Sequence record: NC_048194.1
Origin: Escherichia phage vB_EcoM_WFH
DNA length: 64,000 bases
Direction: 5' to 3' (one strand)
Shown here piece by piece: positions 46,759-56,432 of the stretch (its first letter is position 1; the number at the start of each line of letters is the position of its first letter). Made by a program: the position numbers and the translations under genes. Under the pieces are notes generated by a model that was given only the letters and a program-made list of their open reading frames with translations, was not told where the DNA came from and did not search any database.

Positions 46759-47943
46759 TTAACGCGCTTTCAAATCACGGTACACGGTCAGATTCTTCTT
46801 AGCGCGGGTGATGGCTGTGTACATCATCTTGGCATACGGAACGCCGCGCAAGATTTCTTCTAGCACGCACACATTGTCCCACTCGCTGCCTTGCGATTTG
46901 TGCACCGTTATGACATAGCCATAGTCCATGCCTCCAACAGCGCGTTGAGCCTCTTTGCGCACTTCCTGATCAGTAGAGAAGGAAAGAGGATTTATCTTCA
47001 CCTTTATATCTTTGCCATCGGTAAGCGAGCGCAAATTGACATACATGATTTCATTAGACTCGTCTTCATCCCTTTCAAAGTCCGGTACTGGCTCATAACT
47101 AATAACAATCCCTTGCTCGCCATTACAGAATCCTGGACCGTGTTGATTGAATGTGCAAATAACTTTCTCGCCGATTCCTGGCATTGGCGTTATACGTCCG
47201 CTCACTTGGCGCAATAATGAATTCCATTTATCTTTGGTGCTATTATAAGAGCAAATAATTTGATCATCTTCGCCCATGAATTTCTTCAGTGCGGTAACGC
47301 GCGGCGATTCAGCCAACACCTTTACGTCATCGTATTCACGCGGAGGAAGTCGGTTGCCCTGTCGCACGAAGAAGGAAGCGCGGATTATGTTTGACTCTTT
47401 CCCCTGCCGCATGATTTCGGTTAACAGTACGTCAACGGCATCTTCAGTGAAGTAGGCGGCGGCTTTTACCGGAGGGACTTGTCCAATGTCGCCTAATGCC
47501 AGGACAGGGATGCGGTGATCAAGAAGGCGCTCTGTGTCCCACTCACCGACCATTGAAGCTTCATCAAGGACGACAAGGTGCGGCCTTTCATCAAGCGTTG
47601 ACTTTCTTGCGAAGATTGGTTCATTGTCATCGTTAACGCCGCGCACGTTATAGATGAACTGGTGAAGGGTCTTAGCGCCACGACAACCTTTTTGCTTTAA
47701 TCGGCTGGCGGCCTTTCCGGTCGGCGCAATATAAATGGCACCGTACTCACCGACACAACGGCGCACAATCTCACGCGCAATAGAGGTTTTACCTGTTCCT
47801 GCATAGCCAGCGATGAAAAACACGCGCTTCGTCGTTTTACCGTCCTGCAATCGCTTGTACCATGCAACGGCCTTTTCGATGGCATCAATCTGTTGCGCGT
47901 TGAACTGAATCACTGGCTCATTATTAAATTCTGGAATGTTCAT
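46759..47943 (-). CDS. Dda/RecD-like SF1 DNA helicase
   Basis: 394 aa; Walker A GYAGTGKTS, Walker B VVLDEASMV, C-terminal TVHKSQGSEWDNV motif. Confidence 0.75.
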   Translation of the reverse strand: MNIPEFNNEPVIQFNAQQIDAIEKAVAWYKRLQDGKTTKRVFFIAGYAGTGKTSIAREIVRRCVGEYGAIYIAPTGKAASRLKQKGCRGAKTLHQFIYNVRGVNDDNEPIFARKSTLDERPHLVVLDEASMVGEWDTERLLDHRIPVLALGDIGQVPPVKAAAYFTEDAVDVLLTEIMRQGKESNIIRASFFVRQGNRLPPREYDDVKVLAESPRVTALKKFMGEDDQIICSYNSTKDKWNSLLRQVSGRITPMPGIGEKVICTFNQHGPGFCNGEQGIVISYEPVPDFERDEDESNEIMYVNLRSLTDGKDIKVKINPLSFSTDQEVRKEAQRAVGGMDYGYVITVHKSQGSEWDNVCVLEEILRGVPYAKMMYTAITRAKKNLTVYRDLKAR

Positions 47944-48269
47944 TATAACTCCACTACGCTTTCAAGGTCCAGATATACTGGAATAAAATGGCAATCTTCT
48001 TTTCGTTCAAACATCTCACCGTCAACGTGACTGAAGAAAACAGTCGTGTTTGGTATCTTCCACCCTTTCTCGTCGCGCACCAGGTACGCCATGGATTCAA
48101 CAGGGATGTAAAGCGATACCGGATTTGCGGCAAAGATGAATTTGATTCTGTCTGGTTGACCCAGGAATCGCATAATTGTAAGACTTGAATTCAGTCTTGT
48201 ATTAAGAAAGGACTCAACGATTCCGACGTGTGTCGCACGTTCGCGTTGCTTCGTATCTTTTTCGTTCAT
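47943..48269 (-). CDS. hypothetical protein (108 aa)
   Basis: ATG start; first gene of the minus-strand block next to divergent promoter region. Confidence 0.4.
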   Translation of the reverse strand: MNEKDTKQRERATHVGIVESFLNTRLNSSLTIMRFLGQPDRIKFIFAANPVSLYIPVESMAYLVRDEKGWKIPNTTVFFSHVDGEMFERKEDCHFIPVYLDLESVVEL

Positions 48270-48372
48270 TTCAGGCGACCTTTGTTAGTGCGGAAATATT
48301 TTCTGATAGTATAATTGCAGATATAGTATAAAGCAAAGTAAATCGAAATTGTGAACTAAATGGTAAATATTG

Positions 48373-48400
48373 TTGACTTTGTATCACTCAATATTATACT
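48373..48400 (+). promoter_or_regulatory. sigma70-like promoter (TTGACT-16-TATACT)
   Basis: In AT-rich divergent intergenic region about 30 bp upstream of primase-polymerase ATG. Confidence 0.45.
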
Positions 48401-48429
48401 GCAGGTATTGATCACCGAAGGAAAGAAAG

Positions 48430-49512
48430 ATGGCTAGTTTAAGAGAAGAAGCAAAAATAATCGAAGAGTTTTTGACGGAACTCCAAAGAGGCATTCCAGA
48501 AGATGAACGCGTCATGACCGTGTTTGCTCCTGAAGCAACAGTGCAGACTGACGAGCGCGGCAAAAAGATTAACAGCAGCTTCTGGCCTAAGCCTTGGAAG
48601 CTTGGCAAGCCGCTGATGCAACATCAGAACGGTTACGCCTGCATAAGTTCAATGCGTAAGTCTCCCAACCCAAAGACAGGCGAGATGCGATACTGGCGCA
48701 CGGAATCGGCTTTCGGTCATGGCATGGCGATGATGGTCGACGACATCGGACACGGTAAAGGGTCCAAAGGCGATTTGGATTTGGAGTTCTTTTTCGAGCG
48801 CCTAAAACCAACCGTCATTGTCGAGACTTCGCCGAACAACCACCAGCTGTGGTACTTCTTTAAAGACCCGATTGACCATCTTATCCAGTTCAAGGCATTT
48901 CTTGGGTCTTTCGTAAACATGGTACTCAAGAAGGGCGGCGACAACACGATTAAAGATGTGACGCGCGTTGGCCGTGTTCCTGGGTGTATCAACAACAAAC
49001 GTGTGACTCACGACGGACCTTACAAATATGTCGATGAGAACGGCGACCCGTTCCGCTGCCGACTTGTTCATGCAGACTACTCTTTGCGCTACACAATCGA
49101 AGAGATTTGCCAAGCCTTCGGTTTCCACGTCGTTATGCCGCAAAAGCGTGAAATTCAAATCGACGTTGACGAATACAAATATGACGCTGTTTGGTATAAG
49201 ATAGCCCAGCAAATCCTTGCGCGCAATAAGATGGGCGAAGGGTCCGATGGCGATGTGGTTGAAAACATGTCAGGTAAATGCCGCATCATCTGTCCTTGGG
49301 GTGAAGAGCACACCAACGGCGACCCATACGGCGCTTATTTTCGCGGCCCAATCCCTGGCGCTGAACATGAATTCGTTTTCGGTTGCGCTCACGACTGCCA
49401 CCGGAAAGGGGAAGGCAAGAAAGGATGGACCGCTTTTGTTGAAGCAGTAGTTATGCCTTATATTGAGAATCAACTTGATATGATAAATCGTCGCGCAGGT
49501 GGCATAAAATAG
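48430..49512 (+). CDS. primase-polymerase (archaeo-eukaryotic primase superfamily) with C-terminal zinc-binding region
   Basis: 360 aa; AEP-like motifs MVDDIGHG (DxD), ETSPNNHQLWYFF (His motif), TRVGRVPGCINNKR (motif III-like); C-terminal CRIICPWGEEH...FGCAHDCH cysteine/histidine cluster. Confidence 0.55.
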   Translation: MASLREEAKIIEEFLTELQRGIPEDERVMTVFAPEATVQTDERGKKINSSFWPKPWKLGKPLMQHQNGYACISSMRKSPNPKTGEMRYWRTESAFGHGMAMMVDDIGHGKGSKGDLDLEFFFERLKPTVIVETSPNNHQLWYFFKDPIDHLIQFKAFLGSFVNMVLKKGGDNTIKDVTRVGRVPGCINNKRVTHDGPYKYVDENGDPFRCRLVHADYSLRYTIEEICQAFGFHVVMPQKREIQIDVDEYKYDAVWYKIAQQILARNKMGEGSDGDVVENMSGKCRIICPWGEEHTNGDPYGAYFRGPIPGAEHEFVFGCAHDCHRKGEGKKGWTAFVEAVVMPYIENQLDMINRRAGGIK

Positions 49513-49570
49513 TTTGCTTTTATTTTTCTAGCAACTATAATCATTTTATGAACTGAAGCAGAGGTGATTT

Positions 49571-49716
49571 ATGCAAAGCGAAGAATTGAACATCGAGCTT
49601 GAAGGTCTGTTAAATTCGTTAGAACCTAAGCACGTAGAGCTTCCCACCCTTGAAGGTGTCATGGCTCACCACCAATCGGCTGCGGCCAAACACTACTCTG
49701 AATTTGTTAAGGAATA
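49571..49716 (+). CDS. small ORF (48 aa)
   Basis: ATG with RBS gaggtga; below track cutoff. Confidence 0.3.
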
Positions 49717-49718
49717 AA

Positions 49719-50009
49719 ATGAACGAACCAAAAATGATGACCACTGAAGAAGCACAAAAACTTCGCGTGGAGAACGAGCTGAAGCTTGTCAATGAAATTC
49801 TTCCTCTGTTTAAAGGCTATGCGGTTGAAGAAGTCGTTGGCGCAATCCTTAATGTGTCGACTCACGTGGCGATGAATCTGAATGCAGAGCGTTTCAATAC
49901 TTTGCTGACGATCAACAACTTTACTGTCAGTGCGACATTTACCGTTGAGCCAGTCAATTTTGAAGAGGCTGCAGCCGCGATTCAACAACAGAGAAATCAA
50001 GAGGTGTAG
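49719..50009 (+). CDS. hypothetical protein (96 aa)
   Basis: ATG at 49719 with RBS aaggaa (track start 49650 upstream in frame). Confidence 0.4.
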   Translation: MNEPKMMTTEEAQKLRVENELKLVNEILPLFKGYAVEEVVGAILNVSTHVAMNLNAERFNTLLTINNFTVSATFTVEPVNFEEAAAAIQQQRNQEV

Positions 50010-50274
50010 CATTGGCGCTTTCCGCAACGAGTTCATTTGGAACGTTACAAGCAGTCTTTCGACTTGTCCTAACTGTACGAGCGATGTTATCAAGGTGCGG
50101 CAGCATCGCAATGCAGAGGAAGGTGCCTGGGAGGACGGCGACCTTGTAGAGTGCCAGTGCTGCTCTCACGAAGGCGTGGTGGAGCTTTACGCCGGAGAAG
50201 GTTGCCCACCAGCAGACCGTTCAGCACGCGTTGAATGGGATGCGACAGACTCCATCGGTGATACTCAACAGTAA
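49930..50274 (+). CDS. cysteine-rich (zinc-ribbon-like) protein; start uncertain
   Basis: C-terminal part CPNC...CQCCSHEG suggests a Zn ribbon; annotated start overlaps the preceding gene by about 80 nt. Confidence 0.3.
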   Translation: MRHLPLSQSILKRLQPRFNNREIKRCSIGAFRNEFIWNVTSSLSTCPNCTSDVIKVRQHRNAEEGAWEDGDLVECQCCSHEGVVELYAGEGCPPADRSARVEWDATDSIGDTQQ

Positions 50275-50292
50275 ATTTAGGTATAGATACAT

Positions 50293-50397
50293 ATGAAAGC
50301 CGTAAAGAAATACACATTAATCATTTCCCTTGTAATCATCCTGGGGCTATTATATGTATTGGATATGGCATATTATTTGGCAGGGGTGAGTAAATGA
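50293..50397 (+). CDS. small hydrophobic peptide ORF (34 aa)
   Basis: MKAVKKYTLIISLVIILGLLYVLDMAYYLAGVSK; stop overlaps next ATG (ATGA). Confidence 0.25.
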   Translation: MKAVKKYTLIISLVIILGLLYVLDMAYYLAGVSK

Positions 50398-50684
50398 ATA
50401 TTGTAATTCTTTATGGTGAGAATATCAGCGATGACGACATCGAAGTTGCCGTTGATGTTTACGGTATCGATGAGGTGAAACGTGTTGAAGAAATTAATGG
50501 CTCAAATCTTAATGAGATTGCCAAAGAAGCTGGTTGCCCTTCTGAAGAGATTCTGGTGGTTACTAACGATGACCTGTCTTCTATGGATTGTTTGCGCCGC
50601 ATCTTCACCGATTGCCAATACCTTCATTCTGTTCAGTCAGTAAACAAATTGAGAAAGGCATACGCTGACCAATTTCCTTGCTGA
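50394..50684 (+). CDS. hypothetical protein (96 aa, acidic)
   Basis: ATG with RBS gggtgag. Confidence 0.4.
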   Translation: MNIVILYGENISDDDIEVAVDVYGIDEVKRVEEINGSNLNEIAKEAGCPSEEILVVTNDDLSSMDCLRRIFTDCQYLHSVQSVNKLRKAYADQFPC

Positions 50685-50820
50685 TAGTTCACCAGTTATA
50701 TTGCTTTAAACTGAGTTTTACTATATTAATATACAACGCCAGATTTCTGGCGTTTATTTACCGCACCCTGAAAGGATATATCCATGCAACAATATAACAA
50801 AGCCGTATCAGGAGGATTAA

Positions 50821-52491
50821 ATGTCAATTGAACATGACAATCTTCCAGAGGATACAGGTGATGAATTTGGTGCAATCTTTGACGAAATTCAAGACGCTGG
50901 TGTTTCAGAAGAAATGCAAGCGGCAGAGCAGCAAGGCACCAGAGCTAAAATCAGCCTACAGCACAAGGCTGTTGAGAAAGATGCAGAGCGCATGGAATGC
51001 TACGGTGAAGAAGACTTGGTTGAAAGAGCACGTTTGCTCGCCTCACTTCAGGTAATCAAGTTCCCTCATTATAAACCGACGAAAGATGATTTTGTTCTTC
51101 AGGCGGACCGGACGAGTGACATGAACCGTTATGCGGTTTTCGACGCGTTGTTTGATAAGGGAAGCGGCATCGTCCCATTCCCTCACAAAGATACTTTTCG
51201 TGGACGCTTAGTCGACCATCGCGGCGAAACATTCACCGACCGGACGTTGGAAGTCACAGAGATAGTTGCCGCTGTCGATGCAGCAGGCCTGTCCAACCCA
51301 AACTCACGTCAGGTCGCTCAATCCTATAAGGAATGGGCCATGCGTTATCAGCGCGACGACCTGATGGACTTCTTCTACAAGAAGCTTCCTGAATGGGACG
51401 GTACTGCGCGCATTGAGAAATACCTTATCGAGCTATTCCGACCGTTCGATACAGAGTTAAACCGACAAATCGGTGTGTATTTTTGGCTATCGCTCTATAA
51501 CCGCCTGACCAACCCTGGCTGTCAAGCGCCAATCTCCATCGCGCTCATCGGCGGCCAGAACGCAGGGAAGAGTTATTTTAGTAAGCTGCTTTGCGAAGCT
51601 ATTATGAACGACCGCCACGCAACACCGATTCCGTTGAACTTGGCCGCGCAGAACTTCAACCCGTTCTTGCGAGCTATTACGGGTCGCTCAATTATCGCGA
51701 ACGTTGGCGAGATGACGGGCTTTAAAAAGGCCGACATCGAAAACATGAAGGCATTCCTGACTAAGACGGAAGATGACCTGGACTTCAAATTTGAAGACAC
51801 GCAGGTCAAACCACGCCAGTGGATTGCTATCATGGACGGCAACGAATACGCAGGCATGCAGCGTGACGATACGGGCAACCGTCGTGTGTATCCTATCTTT
51901 GTTGGCCAACTCGCCGACAAGGACGGGCAACCGAACTGGTCAAAAGACTTCCAAGCTGACCTTTCCACTTTGAAAGAAGACGTTTGGCAACTGATGGCTG
52001 AGTGTGCTGCGTGGATGGAGAAGCACGGCGAAGCAGGTTACAACGCGTTTGTCGGTGAAACGTCTCGCATGCTTACTGAGTTCAGTAAGAACGAAATGGA
52101 ACGCGCTCGCGGCGTTATCCGTGATGAGATGGTCGACAACGACCTTGTTGAAGTCGTCATTACCGCGCCTTATGACCGACATCACAGCGGACGCTGGCAC
52201 ATCACCAGTGGTGCAATCGCTATGGGATTCAGAGCTAAGTGCGGCAAGTCGCCTTTCTCACGTACCCTTGCGCCGCACATGTCGAAGCTTGGATTTGAGC
52301 CTGCAACCTATCGCAACCAGCGCGGCTACTTTACGCCGCTGATTAAGAATGAAGCAGGGGAATACATTTCTGACTTGATGACTATCTTAGCGTATCTTAT
52401 TCGCGACGAGTCTGACCCTGAAGATATTGAATTCTTGAAGAAGGTTATTGAACGCAAACGTTCTTTAGGAAGAGATAAGGATGAATTCTGA
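50821..52491 (+). CDS. P-loop NTPase, primase-associated helicase-like (D5/VirE-type)
   Basis: 556 aa; Walker A IALIGGQNAGKSYFSKLL in central region with upstream primase-C-terminal-like segment; RBS ggagga. Confidence 0.45.
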   Translation: MSIEHDNLPEDTGDEFGAIFDEIQDAGVSEEMQAAEQQGTRAKISLQHKAVEKDAERMECYGEEDLVERARLLASLQVIKFPHYKPTKDDFVLQADRTSDMNRYAVFDALFDKGSGIVPFPHKDTFRGRLVDHRGETFTDRTLEVTEIVAAVDAAGLSNPNSRQVAQSYKEWAMRYQRDDLMDFFYKKLPEWDGTARIEKYLIELFRPFDTELNRQIGVYFWLSLYNRLTNPGCQAPISIALIGGQNAGKSYFSKLLCEAIMNDRHATPIPLNLAAQNFNPFLRAITGRSIIANVGEMTGFKKADIENMKAFLTKTEDDLDFKFEDTQVKPRQWIAIMDGNEYAGMQRDDTGNRRVYPIFVGQLADKDGQPNWSKDFQADLSTLKEDVWQLMAECAAWMEKHGEAGYNAFVGETSRMLTEFSKNEMERARGVIRDEMVDNDLVEVVITAPYDRHHSGRWHITSGAIAMGFRAKCGKSPFSRTLAPHMSKLGFEPATYRNQRGYFTPLIKNEAGEYISDLMTILAYLIRDESDPEDIEFLKKVIERKRSLGRDKDEF

Positions 52492-53138
52492 TGAATAAAG
52501 CAATCAACATCGCTAAATTCTTTCAACATCTCGGTGAACTGAACAAAGAGAGTGACGTTCACGGAGAAGAAATGAACCGGATGATTTCAACCGTGTTGCG
52601 TGGTTTTGGTTACGATAAGGACTCAATCACCTGTAAGCGCACGAAGCTTGTCGATGAGACATACCTTTACTACGTTGAATTGCGCGTAGGCAAAGATTTG
52701 ATGATCATCGACCCTAAATTGGAAGGGGCGCACTGTTTTGGCGCTCACCCTCGTGCGAGTGAATTCAAGGGTCGCGGTCGCAACCGACTCCAGAAGCTTG
52801 ATGATGCAGGCGACCTGAACATCTCGATGTTCCTCAAAGAGTTCCTTGCTCTGCCGAAGGTTGCATCTTCAACGGGCCGTGATGACCTGTGCAAGATTGG
52901 ATTCAGAACTAAAGATTTGCGCAATGCGCTACGCAAGAAGGGATTTGTGCCTTCTTATGATAACGTCGCCGCGCTGATGGCTTCCATGGAGGAAGCTGAA
53001 GCAATGGACAAGGTGCGCGGCTATTTCCTGAATACAGGCTACACAATGTATGAGTGGCACACCAAAGGATTGACGGTCGCCGACTTCATCTATTCATTAG
53101 AGCAGAAGTATGTACGCAATATGCAGGCCACAGGATAA
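52491..53138 (+). CDS. hypothetical protein (215 aa)
   Basis: ATG overlapping upstream stop. Confidence 0.4.
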   Translation: MNKAINIAKFFQHLGELNKESDVHGEEMNRMISTVLRGFGYDKDSITCKRTKLVDETYLYYVELRVGKDLMIIDPKLEGAHCFGAHPRASEFKGRGRNRLQKLDDAGDLNISMFLKEFLALPKVASSTGRDDLCKIGFRTKDLRNALRKKGFVPSYDNVAALMASMEEAEAMDKVRGYFLNTGYTMYEWHTKGLTVADFIYSLEQKYVRNMQATG

Positions 53139-53177
53139 TTATCATCAAAATATTTGCTTTTCTGACGAGGTGATATT

Positions 53178-53402
53178 ATGATTAATTTAGACAGGATTGA
53201 GTTAGCACTTAGTACCTTAATCAAATATTACCAGTTTGCTTTTAAGGCTAGTTTATTTGGCTTGTTCAATCCTCATCAAGCAGCAAAGGCGCGAAGCAAT
53301 GCCAACCGCCTGCGCTGCACTGGTATAGTCATCCACGACCGGATATTGACAGAGGGTAGATTCAGCCATGAATACACAAGGGAGAATAACAAAGCAACGT
53401 AG
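53178..53402 (+). CDS. hypothetical protein (74 aa)
   Basis: ATG with RBS gaggtga. Confidence 0.35.
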   Translation: MINLDRIELALSTLIKYYQFAFKASLFGLFNPHQAAKARSNANRLRCTGIVIHDRILTEGRFSHEYTRENNKAT

Positions 53403-53577
53403 GGCTTTACAAGTCCTCACCCACTACCTGACACGCCTTTATCCTACGGCGCACGAGCAGAATCCATCAACTGGTCACCTGTTTAAGCGCCGTAACCTTT
53501 CGTTGAAAACATTCGCTTTAATCCAATACGACCGATACCTGGACGGGCGCTACTGCGGCCCGAAGGACTCACTATGA
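53368..53577 (+). CDS. hypothetical protein (69 aa)
   Basis: Track ORF overlapping neighbours; basic. Confidence 0.3.
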   Translation: MNTQGRITKQRRALQVLTHYLTRLYPTAHEQNPSTGHLFKRRNLSLKTFALIQYDRYLDGRYCGPKDSL

Positions 53578-53852
53578 TTTCTACATACAAAGTGTTCTTT
53601 GTCAAGTGCACGTCATCGATTGATGACCAGTTTACTGCTGGAAAGAATTATCCCGTGATTTCTGAGTCAAGACTAGATATAATCTTGAACGATCATGAAA
53701 TCTATGAGCCGATGCCGGCAACTGCGTTTGATGTTATCGGTCACGTTCGGATTAAGACGAATGTTGGAACGATGCATGACCCGTTGTTCAAGAAGCAAAT
53801 TAAGAATGCCATGCAAGACTTTTGCTCGGCTATGTTTAAATACTATAAGTGA
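53574..53852 (+). CDS. hypothetical protein (92 aa)
   Basis: ATGA overlap with upstream gene. Confidence 0.4.
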   Translation: MISTYKVFFVKCTSSIDDQFTAGKNYPVISESRLDIILNDHEIYEPMPATAFDVIGHVRIKTNVGTMHDPLFKKQIKNAMQDFCSAMFKYYK

Positions 53853-53859
53853 GTTGAAG

Positions 53860-54081
53860 ATGAGAAAGAAAACTCTTAAGGCTGGGGACCGCATCCGTTG
53901 GATGTCAGGACAGAATATGCGAGCAGGCACCATCCTTGAGCTGGATCAATACCTTACTGATTCGCGTGGTCGCAATCACTATCGCGTTCGAATCGATACG
54001 GTAAAAGAAGATGACAAGTCACTGGTTGGTGAAGTGGTCATCGTTACTCCACGTCAAATTAAGGCGGCTTGTGAAGCATGA
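53860..54081 (+). CDS. hypothetical protein (73 aa)
   Basis: ATG at 53860 (track ORF 53695 starts upstream in frame). Confidence 0.4.
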   Translation: MRKKTLKAGDRIRWMSGQNMRAGTILELDQYLTDSRGRNHYRVRIDTVKEDDKSLVGEVVIVTPRQIKAACEA

Positions 54082-54233
54082 ATAAATTTCAGTTTAACGA
54101 TAACAAAATCAATAAGGCAGATGCAATCAAGCAGCTTCGGCGCGTACTTGAAGCCAGCGGCCACACGAAAGAGCGTGCACGCGTCTTAGCCAAAGAACAT
54201 TATAAACGTTTTGTGTCACAAATCAGAGGTTGA
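54078..54233 (+). CDS. small ORF (51 aa)
   Basis: ATGA overlap with upstream gene; MNKFQFNDNKINKADAIKQLRRVLEASGHTKERARVLAKEHYKRFVSQIRG. Confidence 0.3.
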   Translation: MNKFQFNDNKINKADAIKQLRRVLEASGHTKERARVLAKEHYKRFVSQIRG

Positions 54234-54235
54234 CC

Positions 54236-54583
54236 ATGGCTCATGTTAAAGACGAAGTGTTGTTTGGCGCAGAGATTAAGAAGCGTGTCAGAGAAATGGC
54301 AGGAGAAGAAAGAATGAAACCGCTGCGAAAAGGTTTTGATCACATCAATGGCGTATCCGGCACGAAGGAGATGGGCGTGTTGGTAAAAGACATTCGCATT
54401 GGGGATGTCATGGTCATCGACCGACAAGCGCGAGTTGTTATCCAGGTGCAACCGAACGATGATGAAGGATGTGTCCTATTGAAGCTGAAGAAGCTTTCAT
54501 CCAGCCCAGCAAAGGCCGTCATTAAGAAGGTCTGGCCCGAAGGATTACGCAAACTCATTCGTCGACCCGTGGAGAATGTATGA
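54236..54583 (+). CDS. hypothetical protein (115 aa)
   Basis: ATG at 54236 (track start 54230 is TTG). Confidence 0.4.
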   Translation: MAHVKDEVLFGAEIKKRVREMAGEERMKPLRKGFDHINGVSGTKEMGVLVKDIRIGDVMVIDRQARVVIQVQPNDDEGCVLLKLKKLSSSPAKAVIKKVWPEGLRKLIRRPVENV

Positions 54584-54819
54584 TGGAAGATTATATCAAC
54601 GCAATGTACATGGCATTCTATGTCGTACAACTTCCCAATGGCGCGGTATTTTATGGCGAGTATACCTTTGACGTTCAATATGACGTCTCAGAGCGTACAG
54701 TGTTAACAAGGGAGTTGATTGCGGACCTTAAGGACGACATCAAGCGCGTCGCGCGGCAGCAGTTCAATTTGGATGACACCGTCATCGTTCGAATTACCGG
54801 AATAACAGAGGTGCAGTGA
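54580..54819 (+). CDS. hypothetical protein (79 aa)
   Basis: ATGA overlap. Confidence 0.4.
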   Translation: MMEDYINAMYMAFYVVQLPNGAVFYGEYTFDVQYDVSERTVLTRELIADLKDDIKRVARQQFNLDDTVIVRITGITEVQ

Positions 54820-55148
54820 TGACCCGTGATCAGATACTCGCCGCGCATGAGCGTGGGTTGATAAAGGAAGTGTGGAAGAAGGCCAATGCCTTTGCTGATT
54901 CTTATTACTTCTTAAAGAAGTGCATCAAGCAAAACGCAAAGATGGATAACACTGTATTGACATTCAACCTTTTGTCTAACGGAGCGAAGCTTGATGCAAT
55001 ATGCGGTTGCAGAATTGCCAGTGTGATGTTTGAACGAGGTGCTCACAAAGACTCTTTCTTCTATCAATTCTCTCACCGGACGGGTGATACAAAGATAACA
55101 AGGACGCGTGAAGAGCTGGAGATTGACCTACTCCACTATGTAAAATGA
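54816..55148 (+). CDS. hypothetical protein (110 aa)
   Basis: GTG/ATG start overlapping upstream stop. Confidence 0.4.
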   Translation: MMTRDQILAAHERGLIKEVWKKANAFADSYYFLKKCIKQNAKMDNTVLTFNLLSNGAKLDAICGCRIASVMFERGAHKDSFFYQFSHRTGDTKITRTREELEIDLLHYVK

Positions 55149-55153
55149 ATATC

Positions 55154-55185
55154 AAAAAGGTGAGCTAAATGCTTGCCTTTTCTTT
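55154..55185 (+). terminator. intrinsic terminator, copy 1 of a duplicated element (AAAAAGGTGAGC-TAAAT-GCTTGCCTTTT)
   Basis: Hairpin with G:U-tolerant stem followed by TTTTCTTTT; near-identical copy at 56692-56725. Confidence 0.55.
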
Positions 55186-55233
55186 TATCAATACTTATAC
55201 TCTTTTCATCAAGACTAACAAGTGAGGTGAATT

Positions 55234-55551
55234 ATGATTTACTTAGGCATCGACAAGGAACAAGACGAGCGGTTAGGAAGCGTGTTAAACGTAGACTTGA
55301 ACACAGCTGTACATATCAAGCCTTGGCCAGATGGCCACCCCGACGTAGTTGTACCCGTTGCACCTTGGACGCGTTACGTGGCCATTGACGATGATGGCCT
55401 TGTCCATTGTTATTCAGAAAGGCCAACGTATTTCGAGCTTCACCGCGAATGGCTGATGACTGGATGGGCAAAGGTGCGCTGTTGCGGCGAAGTCGGTCTG
55501 GAATGCTGGGGATTCAAGGCTAGTGAATCGTGTGTCGAGGTGCAATTATGA
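55234..55551 (+). CDS. hypothetical protein (105 aa)
   Basis: ATG with RBS gaggtga after terminator-promoter spacer. Confidence 0.4.
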   Translation: MIYLGIDKEQDERLGSVLNVDLNTAVHIKPWPDGHPDVVVPVAPWTRYVAIDDDGLVHCYSERPTYFELHREWLMTGWAKVRCCGEVGLECWGFKASESCVEVQL

Positions 55552-55766
55552 ATGCCGCGCTGGGTAAGCTGTCTTTCAACAAGCGCAATGAGCTGCGCAT
55601 GGTGTCGCGCTTTCAACAAACGTATTCATCACTAATAAAGATTGCAAATAAGGCCGACTCTAGAGCTTGCCATAAAGAAGAATGGGAAGCATTGAACGAG
55701 CGTCGTAAACAATTACAACATGCTGCATTCAAGCTGCAGCAATATGCTATGGAGTATGCAAAATGA
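55548..55766 (+). CDS. hypothetical protein (72 aa)
   Basis: ATGA overlap (track start 55530 upstream). Confidence 0.35.
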   Translation: MNAALGKLSFNKRNELRMVSRFQQTYSSLIKIANKADSRACHKEEWEALNERRKQLQHAAFKLQQYAMEYAK

Positions 55767-56047
55767 AGGTGCAACGCTGCCCACATTGCTTGTCAACTAT
55801 GCGACTTCCTGTTGAAGAATATTTACATCACGTTAACGTTTGTGAAGCTAATCCTGAAAATTCGACGCGTTACTATTATCACTATCACGCAGAAGCGGAA
55901 GATGGATCAGGCGCAACAGGAATCGTTACCACGAAAGAAATGGTGATCACCAAAAAGGCGTATGAAAGCCTGCTGGATACAATAAAGGAAGTATCTGGAA
56001 AAGAAATAATCTGCATTAAATCTTTGTCTTTCTTACACGAGGTGTAA
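55763..56047 (+). CDS. zinc-finger-like small protein (paralogue 1)
   Basis: MKVQRCPHCLSTMRLPVEEYLHHVNVCEANPEN; C-x2-C...H-x3-C pattern; paralogous to next gene. Confidence 0.45.
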   Translation: MKVQRCPHCLSTMRLPVEEYLHHVNVCEANPENSTRYYYHYHAEAEDGSGATGIVTTKEMVITKKAYESLLDTIKEVSGKEIICIKSLSFLHEV

Positions 56048-56048
56048 A

Positions 56049-56432
56049 ATGAGAATGAAACGTTGTCCGTATTGCCACGATGTGATGCATCTTCCACATG
56101 AAGAGTTTGTGCAGCACATGACTAACTGTGATAAGAATCCTAATAGCGAAAGCCAACTTGAAGAAAGAATGTTCTTGGTGTCATTCAAAGCTTCTGCTTA
56201 TGAAGTGCAACGTTCTTACGGCGCACCAAGTACGATTTACTGTCCAACGACATTGAGAAGCGACATCGACTCAATTCAGCTTGCGGCCTGGATTAACGTT
56301 AAGGAAGGAATCACGCCGCACTTTATCGCGCGCATCCAATCCCAGATTCTACAAATCAAGCGCGAATACAACCGTGACATCACTGAAGTGAAGGTGTTGT
56401 CTATCACACCGATGAATAAGGAGTTGCCGTGA
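56049..56432 (+). CDS. zinc-finger-like small protein (paralogue 2)
   Basis: MRMKRCPYCHDVMHLPHEEFVQHMTNCDKNPNS; same motif as 55763..56047, with extra C-terminal region. Confidence 0.45.
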   Translation: MRMKRCPYCHDVMHLPHEEFVQHMTNCDKNPNSESQLEERMFLVSFKASAYEVQRSYGAPSTIYCPTTLRSDIDSIQLAAWINVKEGITPHFIARIQSQILQIKREYNRDITEVKVLSITPMNKELP

